From the IMG/VR virus record IMGVR_UViG_3300005512_000203, positions 1-31,382 of that record: 31,382 nucleotides of DNA; one strand, 5' to 3'. Source of the stretch: a virus. Taxonomy: Duplodnaviria; Caudoviricetes. The position numbers and the translations under genes were made by a program. Numbering within the stretch: the stretch's first letter is position 1; every line of letters begins with the position of its first letter. This document shows, piece by piece, positions 5,779-14,012 of this stretch. The notes beneath the pieces were generated by a model. That model did no database searches. It was not told the origin of the DNA and was given only the letters and a program-made list of their open reading frames with translations.

Positions 5779-6659
5779 GAGCGTAATGCGGCATAAGAGA
5801 ATACTTTTTCTGGTATGTTAATGTCTAGTGCTTGTTCAAATCCTTTGAATCCTGGGGATGAGTTTGCTTCGCAGACTCTGTATCCATCAGGATGAAATAG
5901 TAAGTCAACGCCAGCAATATCAAGATCAAGAACTTTTGCAACTTGAATTGATAACATTTCCATTTCGTCATCTACGTCATATGGTGATCCTTCACCACCT
6001 CTTGATATGTTTGCTTTAAATGATCCATCAGTTGAGGTACGTTTCATTGCTCCTACTACTCTACCACCAATTACGATTACACGCAAGTCTTTACCTTCAG
6101 AATGTGAGATATATTCTTGAATAATCATTGATGTTTTAGAGTCAAGAGATGAGATCAATTCAGATAGATCTTCAAACTCTTTTGCTGTATTACAGAGGTA
6201 GACACCAGCACCATGAGAACCAGTGACAACTTTTAGAACACAGGGGAAACCAACTTGTTTCTCTACTAGTTCAGCATTACATGGGAATCTGGTAAGTAGA
6301 GTCTTAGGTATGGGTAGTCCTGCTTGTGCTAAGATTTGATTAGCGTATAGTTTATCTTTAGATGCTTCAATTGCTTGTGAGTTTGGTAGTGTGGTTACGT
6401 TTAGTCGTTCAAATTGTCTTAGGACGGAGAGATTAAAATAACCAGTCCCACTTCCAGTTCTCGCCAGGAGAACATCAGGTAAACTAACAATGCTATTTTG
6501 ATAACGAATTGATTTACGATCATCGCGTGATACGATTAAGTCTATTTCATCAGCAAACACGACTTTAAAATCAATACCTTGTCTCTCTGCTTCTTCAATA
6601 AAGCGTTGACGTTCATACATCTCAGTGGTGAGACGATTACCCAGCATCCAGAGTTTCAT
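5775..6659 (-). CDS. rimK: RimK-family ATP-grasp alpha-L-glutamate ligase, 294 aa
   Basis: KDKLYANQIL..GLPIPKT, PCVLKVVTGSHGAGV, IIQEYI..GKDLRV, FKANISRGG, AGVDLL, CEANSSPG motifs. Confidence 0.92.
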   Translation of the reverse strand: MKLWMLGNRLTTEMYERQRFIEEAERQGIDFKVVFADEIDLIVSRDDRKSIRYQNSIVSLPDVLLARTGSGTGYFNLSVLRQFERLNVTTLPNSQAIEASKDKLYANQILAQAGLPIPKTLLTRFPCNAELVEKQVGFPCVLKVVTGSHGAGVYLCNTAKEFEDLSELISSLDSKTSMIIQEYISHSEGKDLRVIVIGGRVVGAMKRTSTDGSFKANISRGGEGSPYDVDDEMEMLSIQVAKVLDLDIAGVDLLFHPDGYRVCEANSSPGFKGFEQALDINIPEKVFSYAALRS

Positions 6660-6849
6660 TTACTTTTTTGATTGTAATGGTGTTATCATCGTTGACAATC
6701 CAATCTAACATATCACCTTCTTGCCAGTCAAGTTGATCTAATACTTCATCTGGTAGAGGGAGAATACATTCATCATCATCACCTTCCAGTGTAACAGTAT
6801 AGTTTGTATTGTGGGTTGTATCTGTTGATGTATTTTTCGGCATGTTCAT
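6637..6849 (-). CDS. AbrB/MazE/SpoVT-like DNA-binding protein, ~70 aa
   Basis: ILPLPDEVLDQLDWQEGDMLDW...TITIKKV swapped-hairpin signature. Confidence 0.75.
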   Translation of the reverse strand: MNMPKNTSTDTTHNTNYTVTLEGDDDECILPLPDEVLDQLDWQEGDMLDWIVNDDNTITIKKVNETLDAG

Positions 6850-7246
6850 AGCAAGTAAACCAACATTTTTTCTTTTCAGTTAGATCATCAAGGAAATAGG
6901 GGAAAGTTGGGTGGTGGGGGAACAGTTCGATCTTCCTTGAGTTCTGTATCTTGATACTCTCGGATTGCTTCTTCTTTGACCGAGTACCAGTCTGTGAACT
7001 TTTCCGCGTTACTGATGTCTTCGAAGAGTTCTTCTGCTGTTTGGTCGATGAACTCGTAGAGCGTGGTGTCTTCGATGTGGTCGTTGATTTGGTTGACTGC
7101 TTCGGTTGCGTTGTCAAGGACTCCAAGTTCTTCGAGAGCCTTGAGTTTGTCTTGGATTGCGTTGATGAAGTCTTCTTCTGTCCAGGTGTTGAAGACGCTT
7201 TCGATCGGGTCGTTTTCATCCCAGGAGATTGTGAACGTGTTGTCAT
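6779..7246 (-). CDS. Hypothetical protein with K/S/T-rich N-terminus and a small FPY..CWF.C.EH domain; overlaps 6888..7268
   Basis: ORF track; the C-terminal 50 aa look like a folded domain and have no nearby in-frame ATG. Confidence 0.55.
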   Translation of the reverse strand: MTTRSQSPGMKTTRSKASSTPGQKKTSSTQSKTNSRLSKNLESLTTQPKQSTKSTTTSKTPRSTSSSTKQQKNSSKTSVTRKSSQTGTRSKKKQSESIKIQNSRKIELFPHHPTFPYFLDDLTEKKKCWFTCYEHAEKYINRYNPQYKLYCYTGR

Positions 7247-7268
7247 CTTCTTGTGTTACTTCAATCAT
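6888..7268 (-). CDS. Highly acidic hypothetical protein, 126 aa
   Basis: ORF track; coupled to the upstream gene. Confidence 0.75.
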   Translation of the reverse strand: MIEVTQEDDNTFTISWDENDPIESVFNTWTEEDFINAIQDKLKALEELGVLDNATEAVNQINDHIEDTTLYEFIDQTAEELFEDISNAEKFTDWYSVKEEAIREYQDTELKEDRTVPPPPNFPLFP

Positions 7269-7638
7269 CGGTCAAATGGTCCGCACATGCTAATTTATCA
7301 CAGTCATTCTTGTATTGCAACTCATAGGGTGTGAGTGCTTCATTCAATGCTTCAAGTACATTCTCTTTGAATGAACGATACGGAATGAAGATGTCATCAT
7401 CATCAGTCTTGTAGTCCTGGTGTGTCTCTTTGAACTGACGCTCACACTCGTAGACAAGGTTGGATACAATGTCATTGATCACTTCCATCGTTTGTGGTTG
7501 AAGTTGATCCCAGTTGTATCCAGGGAGCATATCATCCTTGACACGATCTAGCAATGCTTTCTTACAATGCCATTGACTATCAAAGATGTGGGTAAATGCT
7601 TCCCAGTCGTGTTGGGACTTAAAATTAGGGATGCTCAT
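7261..7638 (-). CDS. Hypothetical protein, 125 aa
   Basis: ORF track; ATGA coupling. Confidence 0.85.
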   Translation of the reverse strand: MSIPNFKSQHDWEAFTHIFDSQWHCKKALLDRVKDDMLPGYNWDQLQPQTMEVINDIVSNLVYECERQFKETHQDYKTDDDDIFIPYRSFKENVLEALNEALTPYELQYKNDCDKLACADHLTDD

Positions 7639-7865
7639 TTGTTCTTCTCACAATACATGAAATACTTGTATGTTGCTGCCTGATTGGGAGCATATCTTAC
7701 TATATCACACTCTTTGTATTTGTCAACCACCTCAAATGATGATTCATCGATTGGTGTGTTGTTCATTGATAATGCTCCAATGATTAGTATAGCAATACCA
7801 ACAACACCAAGAGTGAGTGCTACACCATTACGAAACTCTTTAAATCCTATCTCATGTTCAGTCAT
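7635..7865 (-). CDS. Small membrane-anchored protein, 76 aa
   Basis: Hydrophobic GVALTLGVVGIAILIIGAL segment. Confidence 0.8.
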   Translation of the reverse strand: MTEHEIGFKEFRNGVALTLGVVGIAILIIGALSMNNTPIDESSFEVVDKYKECDIVRYAPNQAATYKYFMYCEKNK

Positions 7866-8016
7866 TGAGTTTTGCCTCTAGTTTCTCAATTCTACCACAT
7901 AATTCTGTGATAATGTGGATCAAAGAACGATAGTCAATACTCTCAACATCATCTCCATTCTCCATATCATTATAATATGTGTATAGGAGTTCTTTGGTAA
8001 AGTTTCGTTCAGTCAT
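7858..8016 (-). CDS. Small hypothetical protein, 52 aa
   Basis: Manual translation MTERNFTKELLYTYY...IEKLEAKLND; fills the gap with coupled ends. Confidence 0.75.
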   Translation of the reverse strand: MTERNFTKELLYTYYNDMENGDDVESIDYRSLIHIITELCGRIEKLEAKLND

Positions 8017-8210
8017 GCTTTGTCTGCCTCCTCACAGGAGTTCCAAATGTCATCATATGGGTAGATATACATGTGATACCAACCATTATTAATCTCTTCA
8101 AAGAAGGCACAACGATCTATATTGTCGTTATAATGAACAAATCTAAAAGAGATTCCGTTATGCCATGCCCACAACGAGTTATCAATCCAACTTAGTATAT
8201 TCTTCATCAC
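8013..8210 (-). CDS. Small aromatic-rich hypothetical protein, 65 aa
   Basis: ORF track. Confidence 0.75.
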   Translation of the reverse strand: MMKNILSWIDNSLWAWHNGISFRFVHYNDNIDRCAFFEEINNGWYHMYIYPYDDIWNSCEEADKA

Positions 8211-8218
8211 CCCACCAG

Positions 8219-8665
8219 TCAGCTACACTGATGTTCACGCTCTTCATCAGTCATTTGCTCCCAGTCACCTTTGATCTTGGGTTCACTACCAAAGGTCTTC
8301 TTATAATGAATATTCATTTTAGTCCATTCAGCATCGCGCTCTTTATACTCCTGGTATTTTTTCTCCAGGTCCTCATCCATGGTCAGTTCATACTCAGCAC
8401 ATACTTTACGCTGATCTTCCTCACGCACACAATCATTGAAGACCAATGACATAGCACCAGAGCGGATAGATGCAGGATCCATGCCTACACAGAGCATGAA
8501 CTTCTCAAATAGTTTGAAATACTGTTTGGCATTGAGATCAGCAGCAGGTGCTGTGATCAGGTAATGCTCTTCAGGGATAAAATCATCACTAGTCCAGGAT
8601 GATGACCCATATGTGGGAGTGAACGTAGCATCAAATTTAAATTGTACTTCTGCTTCGTAGGTCAT
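8219..8665 (-). CDS. Hypothetical protein, 148 aa
   Basis: ORF track; ATGA-coupled start. Confidence 0.85.
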   Translation of the reverse strand: MTYEAEVQFKFDATFTPTYGSSSWTSDDFIPEEHYLITAPAADLNAKQYFKLFEKFMLCVGMDPASIRSGAMSLVFNDCVREEDQRKVCAEYELTMDEDLEKKYQEYKERDAEWTKMNIHYKKTFGSEPKIKGDWEQMTDEEREHQCS

Positions 8666-8865
8666 GTCCATGCTCTCATGAATAGGTCAAGGGTGAAGAA
8701 ATCATCAGTCTGGGTCTCTTCTACAAGTTCATCATAGGATAGATCCTTGATGCTGTCAAGGTATTCTTCTGGTGTGGGATCAGTGTCTGGGTCAAAGTCA
8801 TCATGGCAGAGATGCTCATACTCTTTGACCAATGCAGCAATCAATTGTTCATTAGTGTAGGTCAT
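8662..8865 (-). CDS. Small acidic hypothetical protein, 67 aa
   Basis: ORF 8662..8892 trimmed to the ATGA-coupled start. Confidence 0.8.
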   Translation of the reverse strand: MTYTNEQLIAALVKEYEHLCHDDFDPDTDPTPEEYLDSIKDLSYDELVEETQTDDFFTLDLFMRAWT

Positions 8866-9542
8866 TTGATGTAACCTTCTTCCTCTAACCATTGGCGCGT
8901 GAGAGGGGTTGGCTCATAGACCTCCCACATATTACCCTTGGCACACGCTTCAAGCGCCTCCTGGGTCATTCCAGCGGTCTTTCCTGCCCATGTTGCCTCT
9001 GCCTCCCATGGCACTGCTGACGCTGGATAGGTTCGCTCTACCATTTCTCTCCACAGTGGTGGCACGTCCTCTTCAGGTAAAATGATAGCAATCATGCTAT
9101 TCTTGATGCTACCTGCCATACAATCTTGTGCTGCATGCCATCCTTCATGACGCATTACGCTCATCAATACATGTGGGCGATGCATAAATGCTTTGTTCAA
9201 GAAGAACGCATTGCTCACAGTATGGTAGACACCACGATGACCAACTGGAAAGTATCTCTCATCAGCAAGATATACTTTGACACCAATTTGATTGAGTGTC
9301 ATGAGCATAGTGTTGAACTCTTGTGCCACTGGTGTGAATGCTTCCATGTTCTCATAGTTAGAACTGATGTCTAACATGCTGAACACTTCTTCTACATCTT
9401 TTGTACACTCACGCAGTAGCATACAACCCATGGCATCATAAGAATAATAACCATGAGTGATCTTATTCTCATGAGCAGATGCAGTGTTACCCATCAATAG
9501 GGTCATTGTCATCAGGGTTTTTAGGATTAGCGAACGTGCCAT
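8862..9542 (-). CDS. Exported zincin-like metallopeptidase (start uncertain, 9542 or 9512)
   Basis: Signal-like LMTMTLLMGNTASA; VMRHEGWHAAQDC (HExxH) with downstream EAEA. Confidence 0.75.
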   Translation of the reverse strand: MARSLILKTLMTMTLLMGNTASAHENKITHGYYSYDAMGCMLLRECTKDVEEVFSMLDISSNYENMEAFTPVAQEFNTMLMTLNQIGVKVYLADERYFPVGHRGVYHTVSNAFFLNKAFMHRPHVLMSVMRHEGWHAAQDCMAGSIKNSMIAIILPEEDVPPLWREMVERTYPASAVPWEAEATWAGKTAGMTQEALEACAKGNMWEVYEPTPLTRQWLEEEGYIK

Positions 9543-9663
9543 AGTTGTAAGTGTAATAGAGGAAATTGTTGATGCTACGCTCAATGCCTAGCGATTCTTT
9601 CACATCCAACCATGACTGATACTCTAGTTGGAGATCTGGACCGAGTTCAATGCTGACTTTCAT
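9487..9663 (-). CDS. Small hypothetical protein, 58 aa
   Basis: ORF 9487..9753 trimmed to MKVSIELG. Confidence 0.65.
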   Translation of the reverse strand: MKVSIELGPDLQLEYQSWLDVKESLGIERSINNFLYYTYNYGTFANPKNPDDNDPIDG

Positions 9664-9841
9664 AATCAATGATACCTTGCTGTTTAATAGCGTGGAGAAG
9701 TTCTGCTTCTTTGCTATGATCGCCACTATTACATGCTTCCATGTATCTGACAATCAGATCACGCAACTCGTCACTGATCTGATGAGAGTTGGAGATAGAG
9801 TTCGAAGAGTTCTTCTTCGTTGTAGTAGTGCGTTTCTTCAT
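9647..9841 (-). CDS. Small hypothetical protein (start uncertain)
   Basis: ORF track; fills the gap 9664-9770. Confidence 0.55.
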   Translation of the reverse strand: MKKRTTTTKKNSSNSISNSHQISDELRDLIVRYMEACNSGDHSKEAELLHAIKQQGIIDYESQH

Positions 9842-9998
9842 CTTCTAGTTGATTGGGGTCCATCCATTCATAGAATTCATCCGCAAGTGCCATAGCACTA
9901 TCAATATCATCATTCGCCATATGATGACGAAACTGTTCTACAACATAATCATAGACAAGATCACGTTGATAGGAGAGGCGTTGAACGTCGGTACTCAT
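9771..9998 (-). CDS. Small acidic hypothetical protein, 75 aa
   Basis: ORF track; ATGA coupling. Confidence 0.8.
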   Translation of the reverse strand: MSTDVQRLSYQRDLVYDYVVEQFRHHMANDDIDSAMALADEFYEWMDPNQLEDEETHYYNEEELFELYLQLSSDQ

Positions 9999-10243
9999 AG
10001 TTTGTTAGCGAAGAGGATGTTTGCGAGGTGATCGTACTGAATGAATTCTACATCATCAGGGAGCAGAGAGACTGCTGCTGCCGCGAAGTCGTTAGGAAAC
10101 TTCTTGAACAGACGCCAGAACTTCTCTACGCCATCATCATCTAGATCTTCATGCGGAAGAACACGAATCTCCCACTGCCCACGAGTGTATCGGTTAGGAT
10201 ACGGATTGATGAAACCGCAAATGTATTCTTGTAGCATGTTCAT
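9995..10243 (-). CDS. Hypothetical protein, 82 aa
   Basis: ORF track; ATGA coupling. Confidence 0.8.
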   Translation of the reverse strand: MNMLQEYICGFINPYPNRYTRGQWEIRVLPHEDLDDDGVEKFWRLFKKFPNDFAAAAVSLLPDDVEFIQYDHLANILFANKL

Positions 10244-10476
10244 TTGACAAATACCTCGTTGAGTTGGCGGTGTTCTTCAGTCAGTTTAGCAATTTGTTGA
10301 AGGTGATAAGCGACATGAGCAACATATTCTTGCTCTTCTTCATCAAGTTTATCATAAGCGATGTCGAAACAGTCGTCAACATCAACAGTTTGGTCATCGT
10401 AACACGTCATGCCATACATGGTATCATTCGAATGATCCATCGCATACGCATTACCAGCAGCAACGAGATAGAACAT
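10240..10476 (-). CDS. Small acidic hypothetical protein, 78 aa
   Basis: ORF track; downstream of a sigma70-like promoter. Confidence 0.8.
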   Translation of the reverse strand: MFYLVAAGNAYAMDHSNDTMYGMTCYDDQTVDVDDCFDIAYDKLDEEEQEYVAHVAYHLQQIAKLTEEHRQLNEVFVK

Positions 10477-10502
10477 GGGAGTGTGGTGAATGAACTACAA
10501 GT

Positions 10503-10531
10503 AATTTAGCAAAGAAAACGCGGAATGTCAA
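10503..10531 (-). promoter_or_regulatory. Sigma70-like promoter without the palindrome
   Basis: TTGACA(10526-10531)-17bp-TAAATT(10503-10508). Confidence 0.7.
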
Positions 10532-10944
10532 CGCTTGTAGAGATAACCACCCGCCCAATCTGCGTTCTCAAGCAACCACTCGCGGTCTTTGATCAGCAGA
10601 AGGTTGAAACGCACATGCTTAGCAGGTGCTTTGAATGATGCTGGCTTATACACTTCACCAGTCTTCTTGTCAACAAAGGCATGAACACTGCGGGAAGCAG
10701 GACGATTGTTGTTGGGAACTTCCATGATGATCTTGTGATACTTGCGACCAGATTCGATCACAAACTTATACACAGGAGCATCATAACCACCGACTTTGCC
10801 ATGGTTACGATCCTTGAAGTTCTGCTCCAGGGCATCACACAGCATGAGAATATACTTGCGAATGTTCAACTCGATAGTGTTACGAGCATCAGCGGTGGCG
10901 CAGAACTCAGCGAAGGATTCGGACTTGGTGATAGTGGTGGTCAT
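10528..10944 (-). CDS. Conserved phage hypothetical protein (GRKYHKI..SVHAFVDKKTG..KPAS.KAPAK), 138 aa
   Basis: ORF 10528..11004 trimmed to the ATG after promoter 13. Confidence 0.85.
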   Translation of the reverse strand: MTTTITKSESFAEFCATADARNTIELNIRKYILMLCDALEQNFKDRNHGKVGGYDAPVYKFVIESGRKYHKIIMEVPNNNRPASRSVHAFVDKKTGEVYKPASFKAPAKHVRFNLLLIKDREWLLENADWAGGYLYKR

Positions 10945-10965
10945 GTTGTTGTCTGAACTGATGTC

Positions 10966-11023
10966 AGTATAAAGGGTCTTGGTGGGGTTTGGGAGACTGA
11001 TCATGCCACTTCGCTCGCTGGCA
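10966..11023 (-). promoter_or_regulatory. Early-type composite promoter 13
   Basis: TATACT 10966-10971; tgccac-ttcgctcg-ctggca 11004-11023. Confidence 0.75.
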
Positions 11024-11207
11024 CACGGGACACGGTGAGACGCTTGAAGTTATACTGTCTCCAGGAATCACATGCCTCATTCACCATACGATTGTGCTGA
11101 CGATCCATGCCCTTGGCAGTCTTGCACTTGCGCTCCTTGCGGAAATAGATGATGGGGATCTCGGTCTCGGGCATGTCGATCTCGATCTTGTAGTGAGAGT
11201 AGGTCAT
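11001..11207 (-). CDS. Small basic hypothetical protein, 68 aa
   Basis: ORF track; CAAGGGAAC RBS-like leader. Confidence 0.8.
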   Translation of the reverse strand: MTYSHYKIEIDMPETEIPIIYFRKERKCKTAKGMDRQHNRMVNEACDSWRQYNFKRLTVSRVPASEVA

Positions 11208-11232
11208 GGGTGGTTCCCTTGTCGATGTCCTT

Positions 11233-11289
11233 AGTATAGGGCTCAGGAGAGCATTTCCATTGCCTCGTAGGACAGTTCCTCAACTGGCA
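11233..11289 (-). promoter_or_regulatory. Early-type composite promoter 14
   Basis: TATACT 11233-11238; ggacag-ttcctcaa-ctggca 11270-11289. Confidence 0.8.
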
Positions 11290-11368
11290 TATCCTTCTCG
11301 ATCTCGATCACGTCGTATTCTTCTTCGATCTGATCCAGGAGCCAGCGGTCGAGCATTACTTCATTCAT
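11243..11368 (-). CDS. Small acidic protein, 41 aa
   Basis: Manual translation MNEVMLDRWLLDQIEEEY...EMLS; ATGA coupling. Confidence 0.65.
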   Translation of the reverse strand: MNEVMLDRWLLDQIEEEYDVIEIEKDMPVEELSYEAMEMLS

Positions 11369-11502
11369 TGTTTGTTGTTAGTAAGGTGTGCTTCAATAAT
11401 GTCAAGGATCTCGCCACATTTGTCTGCGAGATCTTCATCAACGAGGACACCATAGTCCTCTACTGCTTCAGCAATAATGTCTAGTTGTTCATCGGTAAAC
11501 AT
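11365..11502 (-). CDS. Small acidic protein, 45 aa
   Basis: Manual translation MFTDEQLDIIAEAVEDY... Confidence 0.7.
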   Translation of the reverse strand: MFTDEQLDIIAEAVEDYGVLVDEDLADKCGEILDIIEAHLTNNKQ

Positions 11503-11630
11503 AATTGCTCGAAATTAATGTGGTCACAGCAAGAGTCATCATCCTGCAGATCTAGCATGTCAGTGTCAACATGCTTGAGGAGTTTGCCGAAGAGAAAGTC
11601 AACAAACTCTCTATCTTCTTGAGTAATCAT
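11481..11630 (-). CDS. Small protein, 49 aa
   Basis: Manual translation MITQEDREFVDFLFGKL...; ATGA coupling. Confidence 0.7.
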   Translation of the reverse strand: MITQEDREFVDFLFGKLLKHVDTDMLDLQDDDSCCDHINFEQLCLPMNN

Positions 11631-11782
11631 TTGGCGTAGCGACAATCAGGATGAGGTTGAGGTAGAGCAGCACACGCTTGATCGTATGCTTCAAACATGT
11701 TGTGATCGCGTTGTGCTAGGAATACATTGTAGGATGTAATACCAGCAAAAGCGAGAATGATCCAGAAAGCGTAAGTCTTCAT
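11627..11782 (-). CDS. Small membrane/exported protein, 51 aa
   Basis: Manual translation MKTYAFWIILAFAGITSYNVFLAQ...CAALPQPHPDC; TGATG coupling. Confidence 0.7.
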   Translation of the reverse strand: MKTYAFWIILAFAGITSYNVFLAQRDHNMFEAYDQACAALPQPHPDCRYAK

Positions 11783-11949
11783 CAGAACACGTTAGTCCAG
11801 CGAGTGTGGTTTGCTTTGGTGATACGTCCTTCTGCTAACATGTTATCACACACATTACAGAAGACTTGGAACTTCTCTTCACGGGTGAGCACATGCGGTT
11901 GAGCACATGTGGCAATCACCTTGAGCATTTGTGCTTTGGAAGTGATCAT
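11782..11949 (-). CDS. Small protein, 55 aa
   Basis: Manual translation MITSKAQMLKVIAT...RWTNVF; downstream of promoter 15. Confidence 0.75.
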   Translation of the reverse strand: MITSKAQMLKVIATCAQPHVLTREEKFQVFCNVCDNMLAEGRITKANHTRWTNVF

Positions 11950-11974
11950 GGGTCGTTCCCTTGACTACCTTAGT

Positions 11975-12030
11975 AGTATAGCGTCTCAACCCTCGTCGTC
12001 GAAGGACTTGAGACAGTTCTCCAACTGGCA
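11975..12030 (-). promoter_or_regulatory. Early-type composite promoter 15
   Basis: TATACT 11975-11980; agacag-ttctccaa-ctggca 12011-12030. Confidence 0.8.
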
Positions 12031-12159
12031 CATCATCTGAATGTCGTCCATCTGGTTCAGTTGAGCAAGTTTGGTGGTAAGTTCGATGGGAGCATCCATC
12101 ATGAGATCGATCAAGAAATTGACCTGAAAGGTGGTCAGATCAAGCGAACGGGTTTCCAT
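11986..12159 (-). CDS. Small protein, 57 aa
   Basis: Manual translation METRSLDLTTFQVNFLIDLMM... Confidence 0.65.
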   Translation of the reverse strand: METRSLDLTTFQVNFLIDLMMDAPIELTTKLAQLNQMDDIQMMCQLENCLKSFDDEG

Positions 12160-12171
12160 AGGTCTAAGGGG

Positions 12172-13047
12172 TTAGAGGGGTGTTACAGGCGATCCTAGAG
12201 GGGTCTCAGGACATGCTGATCTTAGACGATCAGCAGCGATTTGGCAATAGTGCTCATCCGAGTCAATCCCAACAAAGTTTCTATCAATTCCCAAAGCAGC
12301 AACACCAGTGCTGCCACTACCACAGAATGGGTCAAGCACCGTAGAATTGACAGGAGAATAGATTTTGATAAGATACTCCATCAAACTTACTGGTTTGACT
12401 GTAGGATGATCGTTGTTTTCTCCTTTCTCTTTGCGTGTGGCACGAGGGGCATAGAAATACTTTTGATGCTCATGTTGCACCTCGCCAATAATATTTGATG
12501 GGTAGCGTCCATCAGGATTTGCGTCTACAGTTCCATACTCTTTCTGTGTGCCTGTAGTCTTACCACTCTTACCAAATGTGCGGCGACTGCCACCTTTTGC
12601 TACCCAACCAGTGGGAGGTTTCTTATCCCACGGAATGCGAGTGTTAGTTGTATCAATCATTCCGCATCCCCACTCTTCAAAGTTATTTTTGAGCGTACCC
12701 TTGAATGGTTTCTGTGCTACAACAATGGGTTCATGCGCTGGTTTAAGTCTATTATTCTTGGGCATCTTAGTGGTAGTCATCCACATAATCTGGTCCCTGA
12801 CCATAAATCCCGCGTCTTCTACATTACATGCGAGTCTATGATATAGTTCAGGAGAGCAGAACGCCAAGCAAAATGCTCCAGGGCGGAGTGTACGATACAC
12901 TTCACGCCATACTTCTACGCTAGGAACAGAATGATCCCAGTGTTCCATGCCCATACCATACGGAGGATCCGTGATACAAGCATGAAAAAAGTTCTCCCCG
13001 TAAGTGGGGAGAACTAATTGACAGTCACCAGTCAGAATATCAAACAT
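12172..13047 (-). CDS. DNA amino-methyltransferase (N6-adenine/N4-cytosine, beta class), 291 aa
   Basis: TDPPYG catalytic motif N-terminal; HPTVKP and VLDPFCGSGSTG SAM-binding motifs C-terminal. Confidence 0.93.
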   Translation of the reverse strand: MFDILTGDCQLVLPTYGENFFHACITDPPYGMGMEHWDHSVPSVEVWREVYRTLRPGAFCLAFCSPELYHRLACNVEDAGFMVRDQIMWMTTTKMPKNNRLKPAHEPIVVAQKPFKGTLKNNFEEWGCGMIDTTNTRIPWDKKPPTGWVAKGGSRRTFGKSGKTTGTQKEYGTVDANPDGRYPSNIIGEVQHEHQKYFYAPRATRKEKGENNDHPTVKPVSLMEYLIKIYSPVNSTVLDPFCGSGSTGVAALGIDRNFVGIDSDEHYCQIAADRLRSACPETPLGSPVTPL

Positions 13048-14012
13048 TAATCTTCATTGTCAAAGTCTAGTTTAGGAATTCTAGCATACTTGTCAAGTAC
13101 ATCAGCAGATACACCTTTCTTTTCTAAACGTTCCTTACCTGTAGTATCTTCCAGGTATGCCTGATGTAACCAGTACAAGAACTTCTCAGTGAGAACTGGA
13201 ATAGTCTTGAAGTTTGCTGCGAAATCAGCGTTTTTATCCTTCAACCACTCTAGGATGTTTGTGACAGCATCCAAGCGTCCCTTCTCATCTTTAGCAACAA
13301 ACTCATCTTGGAAGACACGTTGTACAATCTTACGTGAATATTCATCACAATTGTACTTCTTCAGGAACATGAGAGAAGCAGACTTTAATGGGTGAGGAAT
13401 GTCAATCTTCTTATCCCATACAAATGAGTCAAGGAACAGAAGTTCTTTGCTAAACTCCTTGATGACATCGATTAGTTTGTCACCATCATATCCACTCGAT
13501 TTGGGGAACTGTTGCTTGGAGTAAAAATGTGCTGCCCAAGTTAATCCAGTAACTTGATACAGTTTGTGGTTAGTAAACTCAACACCGAGATAGCGAGCAG
13601 CACCATACGCTAGATCTGCAGACTTTTCAGTGTTTGTAGTATTGTCAAAAGTATAATAAAGATCGCGGAGAGCAGCAATAGATTCTACATTATAATGCTG
13701 CGATGTTAGATTTTCTGGTACAGCATCAGATTCACCGAGTTTCCAAAACTCTCGTCGAGTATGCGAATCAACTAGGAATATGGTTCCTGCCAGGTAAGTT
13801 TCTCCGTTGGTAGGATCATAAGAATCTTGAGTCAACTCAGCAGTAGCGATAAATGTATGCTGAGGAAGTAAAACACGTAGTTTTTCTTTTGTTTTGTTGT
13901 CACGAGCGCGTTTAATATGATTACGCTGTACGGGACAAGTTTTGAGCAGTAGATATTCCTCAAAGGAATATGGGACGATGCCACAGCAATCGTCAAAGTT
14001 TTTGGTTTTCAT
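13047..14012 (-). CDS. ParB/Srx-like (DGQHR-type) domain protein, ~321 aa (TTG start at 14045 possible)
   Basis: N-terminal PVQRN and LVDSHTR motifs resemble the QR and DGQHR motifs; stop overlaps the MTase start (TAATG). Confidence 0.5.
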   Translation of the reverse strand: MKTKNFDDCCGIVPYSFEEYLLLKTCPVQRNHIKRARDNKTKEKLRVLLPQHTFIATAELTQDSYDPTNGETYLAGTIFLVDSHTRREFWKLGESDAVPENLTSQHYNVESIAALRDLYYTFDNTTNTEKSADLAYGAARYLGVEFTNHKLYQVTGLTWAAHFYSKQQFPKSSGYDGDKLIDVIKEFSKELLFLDSFVWDKKIDIPHPLKSASLMFLKKYNCDEYSRKIVQRVFQDEFVAKDEKGRLDAVTNILEWLKDKNADFAANFKTIPVLTEKFLYWLHQAYLEDTTGKERLEKKGVSADVLDKYARIPKLDFDNED

